The notes under the pieces: generated by a model
Told to the model about the DNA's origin: nothing
Databases searched by the model: none
What the model saw: the letters and a program-made list of their open reading frames with translations, nothing else
Made by a program: the position numbers and the translations under genes
Assembly (NCBI GenBank): GCA_013265495.1
Contig: MU062841.1
Location: 9,635,786 to 9,699,785, forward strand
DNA from: Vicugna vicugna
Lineage: Eukaryota
DNA: 64,000 bases
Direction of reading: 5' to 3'
In this document: positions 48,801 through 54,800 of the stretch, piece by piece
How the letters are laid out: each line of letters starts with the position of its first letter
Numbering within the stretch: the first letter of the stretch is position 1

Positions 48801-51800
48801 AACGGAAGACGAGGGATTCCCTTTCACGGTGATGAAACTCCAAGGGTGTCTGAAAAAAACAACAGAAAGTCAAGTTCTTCGCACGTCTGAGCCTGGAATG
48901 GAGGCAGAGTTGAAACAGGGAGCCACATGGATGCTGTCTGAGGGAAACTCGCTTACGGGCTGGGTTTCCCTTTTCCAGAAGAACAAGGGCCTTTCTCTGC
49001 AAGCCCTGGCCTTCTTGACCACCTGGCGGGCTTGATGTTTGTGGACTGCAGGGCTCTGCACCTCCGTTCTGGCAGTGGACAGGGGTTATGAATCACAAAT
49101 AAACAAACGAGCCCACAGACCTGCATACCACCTGCCAGGCTCAACTAGGTCCTGAAGCGAGTGCTCTGGCTCCTTTACGAAAACAAGGAAACATGCTCCG
49201 AGGGAGAAAGGTTATTCCTCTCCTGTGTGACTCCCTGAGAACTAAGCTCGAGGAAAATGCCAGAGGCGGGTGTGACTGAGGCCCCAGGAATCAGCACTGG
49301 GCCTTGGGGTGGAAAGAGGTACCTCTTCTTCTTAATGGAAGGCAAAGGAGGGGAAAAAAAGGTATATGGGTTTGGAAAGTTGTACAACTTCTCTTTTCTC
49401 CACTGAAGATACATCTGCTCAACAATCACTTCCTGTATGAATGAGCAAGTGGTAGGTCCAAGTCTCAGATTTTCCACTGATTTTAGACGCCTCGAGTTTG
49501 TCACTCAGAGTGGGTCTACACCAATGAGGGTGCACGTGTAACCCGCCCGTGCACTACGGCATGCATCCTTCCCGGGCCCTTGCTTATAAGGAGAGAATAG
49601 TTGCTAGCACTTCTTGAGTCCTTATTCTGTGCCAGACACAATATTTTGTTCATACTGTCACATTTACCCTCCCCAAAGTCCTTTGAGGTGGCTCCTGAAG
49701 TACCCCATTTTACAGATGCAGGTACCATGCAAAGAGAGGGTAAGTCACTTGCCTGCAGTCACACCTCATAGGAAGTGCAGCCCAGACTCCAATTCGAGCC
49801 AAATCAGATGCCAGATCTTGGACCTTCCTCCGCTGAGGCCCTACGTAGCCAGTCCCACTGTGGTTCTACCTCTCATTGCAAATTAACAAGCTGGCCTTTC
49901 GGCTTATAAAAAATGAAATGGCAGTGCCCTCAGTTTCTGTTAACAAAGGAGCTTTGCTGTTATCTTTGGCAGCCTGAGTTTCCTGCCCAAACTCATCCAG
50001 AAGGAGCAGCACCTGACCTGTCAGGAAATGCACCCTGGAACCCGGAGCCCCACCCTGGCCCAGGGGATCCTGGCCCAGCCAGTAAAATTGCTCTGCTCAG
50101 AGCCCAGAAAAGGCTCTGGCCTGCCCTCATCTTGCCCACGATTCGAGGAGCTGATGGGAGGGGCATCCATATCTCCAATAGCCACGGGCCAGATGATCTC
50201 AATTTTCCACTGGGCTCAGATCTGATACAACATGATCGAAAGGTGTGGCTACTGTGGGGTAAACTGTTTCCTCTTGGCGCCAATGTGTGTGTGCATGCCA
50301 AAGTCAGGCATGACTCTGCAATCCGAGGCAAACAAAACACACCCTAGAGCACATCGAATGGTCCCCTCCGCTAGGGAGCTGGGCAGGGCAGGGGCCCTTC
50401 ATGCGATCTCTAAACAAAGGTCTGCCAACCCTCAAGGCACATTATGATTCCGTGGCCAAAGGATGGGAAAATGAACACTAGTTATACATCTGAGGCATGG
50501 CTCTTACACACAGTAGGTGCTCAATTAATATTTTGCAAGTGGCAGACTGAATGAATGAGTTCAGATACACAGTGACTTTCGGAGTTTAAAGTGTGGAATA
50601 TGCTTGTAAGAATAAACAGGCTCCCTTTAAGAACAAGCCCTAATACATCCCAGGCAGATGGATCATGGCCCTGCATCTCCCTGAGTCACCATTAAAGGGG
50701 ATGTGGCCTGGGGAAACGAGGAGGGAAGTTAGGTAACTTCTGCCTGGGGTGGTGTTGCTTCGTGTTCTGGAGCCTGGGGGAGGGGACTTGACGGGTGGTA
50801 CCTAAATCCAAGGTGTAGGAAGTGTTTGCTGCCCAGTTTGGTCATCGCCTTCCTGGCCATGTCATCCAGGTTTCGAGAGCCCTCATCATTCACGGCCACA
50901 GACAGGATCCTGCCCTCGGGCACCGCATTCAAATACTGGACCAGACGTTCACTCTCTTTCTTGGATCTATAGGTGTCAAACCTAAAAAGGGCAGAGAGAG
51001 CAGATTTTAATAGTCCTAGCAGGACCCAAAAGAGAGAGCTTGAAGCACCTACCCGTGGTTTGACGACTAACACACCATCCGATCATCCCAAAGACTGATT
51101 TTTTTTTAAAGAAAGAAGCTTTTATTACAGCAAAACAAATCAATCATCTCAGACTTGACAAAGATAACCCACCCTTACATACATAAAATATCCATGAAAT
51201 ATAGGTCTCAAAAAAATCTATACCACAGGTGACAAGAATTCACAAAGGAAAGGCCCAACTGTGTAATGATCCTAACTCCAAGTATAAAGTGCACGTATTA
51301 GGTGTAAAGATTTTGTACAATCACAATGGAAACTCCAAAAGAATTTGTCTTGGAACTTAACGAGCAAAATCATTCTCAAACGAATCTAGACGAATAACCC
51401 AGCACGAATAGCCAAGATTTGGGAAAAAGAAAACCATGGTGGTGTGGGGAGGAGGGGGGAGATGGACGGATGCTCGTGAGTCCCCAGACTTCCTTTTCAT
51501 TGTTGACATAACCTGGTCCGGCCCCGCCTAGGCCCCCTCCTTCTCCACGGCCCCTCCCCAGGAATCGCCTGCTGCCAGCCTCGCATGTGTCAGGGCCCTG
51601 TGACCACACCAGGTACCCCCTCCCAGGCATCTCTTGCCTAGACCGTGCAGAAGCCTCCTGACCACCTCTGCTAGCTTTACTTCTCCACTCTGTACACAGC
51701 AGCGAGAATATTCTTTTAAATCAGATCTTCTTAAAAGCCCTTCACCGGCTTTGCATCCCACTAAGAATAAAACCCACCCCCTCACCGCGGCCTTCAAGGC

Positions 51801-54800
51801 CCCAAACGTGCCCCTGTCCAAAACACCGACATGACTGTGTCTCGTTTCCTTGGCTCTGCATTCTCCACCTCTCCGCTGGCCCTTCTGTCCTTTGAGAACA
51901 GCACGCCCTTTCTCACCTCTGGCCCTCTGCACTTGCTGCTCTCTGGCCTGCACACTCCTCGCCCCACGGTTCTCAGCTCAAACGTTGCTTGCTTTCACAG
52001 GCCTTCTCTGATCACCTGTTGCAGAACAATCTCCCCTTGCTACTCTCCATCATTTCACTATGACTTTTTTCCCTAATTACCGATGATCACAGCCTGAAAC
52101 TATGTTGTGTGTACAAGTGTGCATGTGTGCGCGCACGTGTCTGTTCCTGTTCAACTCAGCTGCATGAGGCGAACGCCCCGGCAATGAGACCTAACTCCCT
52201 GAGGTTGGGGATTTCTGTCTGTTTCACTCACTGCCGTGCTCCCAGCACCCTGAGTGGCATCTGGCTAGGACACACCCTCAGCAAATGCAGACTGAATGAC
52301 TGTGTTTACATGAAGGCAAACCTTACCGGTCAGAATGGATGACTGTCCCTGATTTGGGGTCGATGACATGAACAATGACTCCACGGTGACCCCAGCTCCT
52401 TTCAAAAAAATAGCCTCCCTCCTCCATGCCACCCGGGTGAAGAGTCTTGTTCAGAAATGTCCAAGAGAGCTTCTTCTGTCCATGCAACTCCAGGGTACCT
52501 CCTCTGTCGACGCCAATGTACTTGAGGCCAAAGTAAGGGTCCGGCTGAACACCTTCGTCGGCCCTACAAGAGAAAACAGCTCTCCACAGTCGGTCGACAC
52601 CTCTCTCTGTCGGATGCTGAACCCAGAGGGGGCTGCACTGCTCCCTGACTCCCATGTGGTCCCCGTGGAGCCAGGCACACTTGGTGACTGTGCAAGGTCG
52701 GTAACCAAGATCTTCCCAAGCCAGAGCAAAACGAGCCCAACAGGCCAAGCAGAAATCCTATCAATAGTTAACATGTTGGCTTCAGTTCTTCAGTTCTTTG
52801 CAGTTCTAAGTATGTTATGTTTCGGTCCGTATCAGATGTGAAATCACCTGGGCATGCACTGCATACCCTGTGTGTTCCTGGCTGCCACCTAGAATTCTCA
52901 GTTGCTTGAAGAGCGAGCACAGCCAGAGGCAAATGCTGCCTGGAATTTTTCTTTATCTTGTCCATCATAACCTATTAATAAACACTCAGAGAGACTCCCT
53001 GAGCCATGAGTAGATTGGAAGGCAGCTGAAAGGCTGGCAGGGATTTCTGTAACTTAAGTCCGGACCCGGGCCACAATAAATAAAATGCCTCATGTATTTC
53101 TCCAGCTCGCCCAGCTCACCAGTGTCTGTCTTGTTCGTGATTACGATCTGGCAGTACATAATGAGGATTCCTGCCTTGCACTAAAGCCTTGTGGTCTTAC
53201 CTCCCTCTCTTCTATGGAAATCCTCCTTCCCGTCAGATCCAAGAGGAGCATTTGACCCATGGAAGCTCTCTACCCACCTTCCATACAAAACGATGCTGAA
53301 GTTGCCCTGGAAAGGGCAGAGGGCACTCCCAGCATGCAGCTCTCCTCCATTGTCAATCAGGATGTGCCGTGTGCGTAGAACAATTGTCTCACCTTGGTCT
53401 TTAATGACTAGCTTTCCTGAAGAAGGAGGGATGGAGGGAGGTTTAGGAACACATGCTAATGATGAAGTTACAGCAGAGCCAAGGGCAGACCCCCTAAGCG
53501 CCCCATCTCATCCAAGCAGGCAAGAAGATACGTCTTTCAAATATCTCTGTGCTTGTTGTGCTTACAAGCAGTTACTTTTCTCTCCGCCTTGCGATGTGTA
53601 AATAGTGCCTGCTTGGCTTACTGCCATGGCTGCATGCACTGCATTCAATGAGCAGGCATCTGAAGGTAAGATAGGCAGGAATGCTCGGAGACCAATCAGG
53701 GTTTTCCTCTATAAATGCTTCTTTCACTAAGACTGGACCTCTGGCAAGCCATTCCTAAGAGCTCAGAGCTGACGGCTATCTCAAACTACCAGATGCTCTG
53801 ATATGAACCCAAAGCACGTGACATTTGTTCTGTCCATCTAAAGTTATGGCACCCTGCTAGGCTCTGAACGTGGAGATCGGGGGTGGGGTTGGGGAATGCT
53901 GGCTTACCTCCCTCTGAGATGCGGATGGAGTGGATGGTGGCAGAAGAGGTGAGCAGCAGTGCTCTGCCCTGGCCAATGTACACATAGTGGTCCGGGTCAT
54001 GTCCAGGGCTCCAGGGCTGCAGCTCAGGCCACTGATCAGGGCACTCAGGGGCCACTGCCAAGGACAGAGAGATGTCACTGCTACCATCCACTGACCTCAC
54101 CAAGCAAGGACTGCCACAGACCACAAGGTGGGGGCGAGGAGGGAGTTTGTCAATTTTCCTGGCCCCTGCCTCCTCCCTCCTAGAGCTAAAAGCAGGGCCT
54201 TGGAGAGCAAAGAGAATCCCTGATATAAGAGCCCTGGGATTTAGTCCCATGTCTTTTATTAGTTCGTCATGTATCTGTGAACAAGTCGCCTCCCTTTTCA
54301 AGGCTCAGTTTTTCCCTTTAGAAAATGCAGGGTAGACCAGATGACTCCCTCAAGATACTCCGCAATCTAAGGTTAGTCAATGACTTATCCAGATTGCTTG
54401 TGTTCCGAGGCATCCTTTCCCCTGGAAAGCAACATTTGAAAAGTTGACAAAGCCTTTTCCCCTTCTGCATGAGAATGAGAATTTGACTTTTAGTTAATTT
54501 TCTCACTCTGTTTCCCTGGAAACCTGAGAAAGATAGTGTTATATAAACCATGTTACCAAGCAACATAGTTTGTAACAAACGTGACCCCGGATTAGTAAAT
54601 GGCATCTAAACTGGGAAGAACCATACATAATTTATATTTATTCCTGGTGGAGATGTCATGCAGTGTGCTTCTCTGAGTGCCGGGACTCCCGTGACTGGGC
54701 ATGTCCCATGCAGCAACTCTGAAAGTTGGAGTTGCTGGAAGAGATCCTGGTTCTGATGGGGCTGTTTCCATACCTGTCCAATGACAGTCTTGCTTCCTTT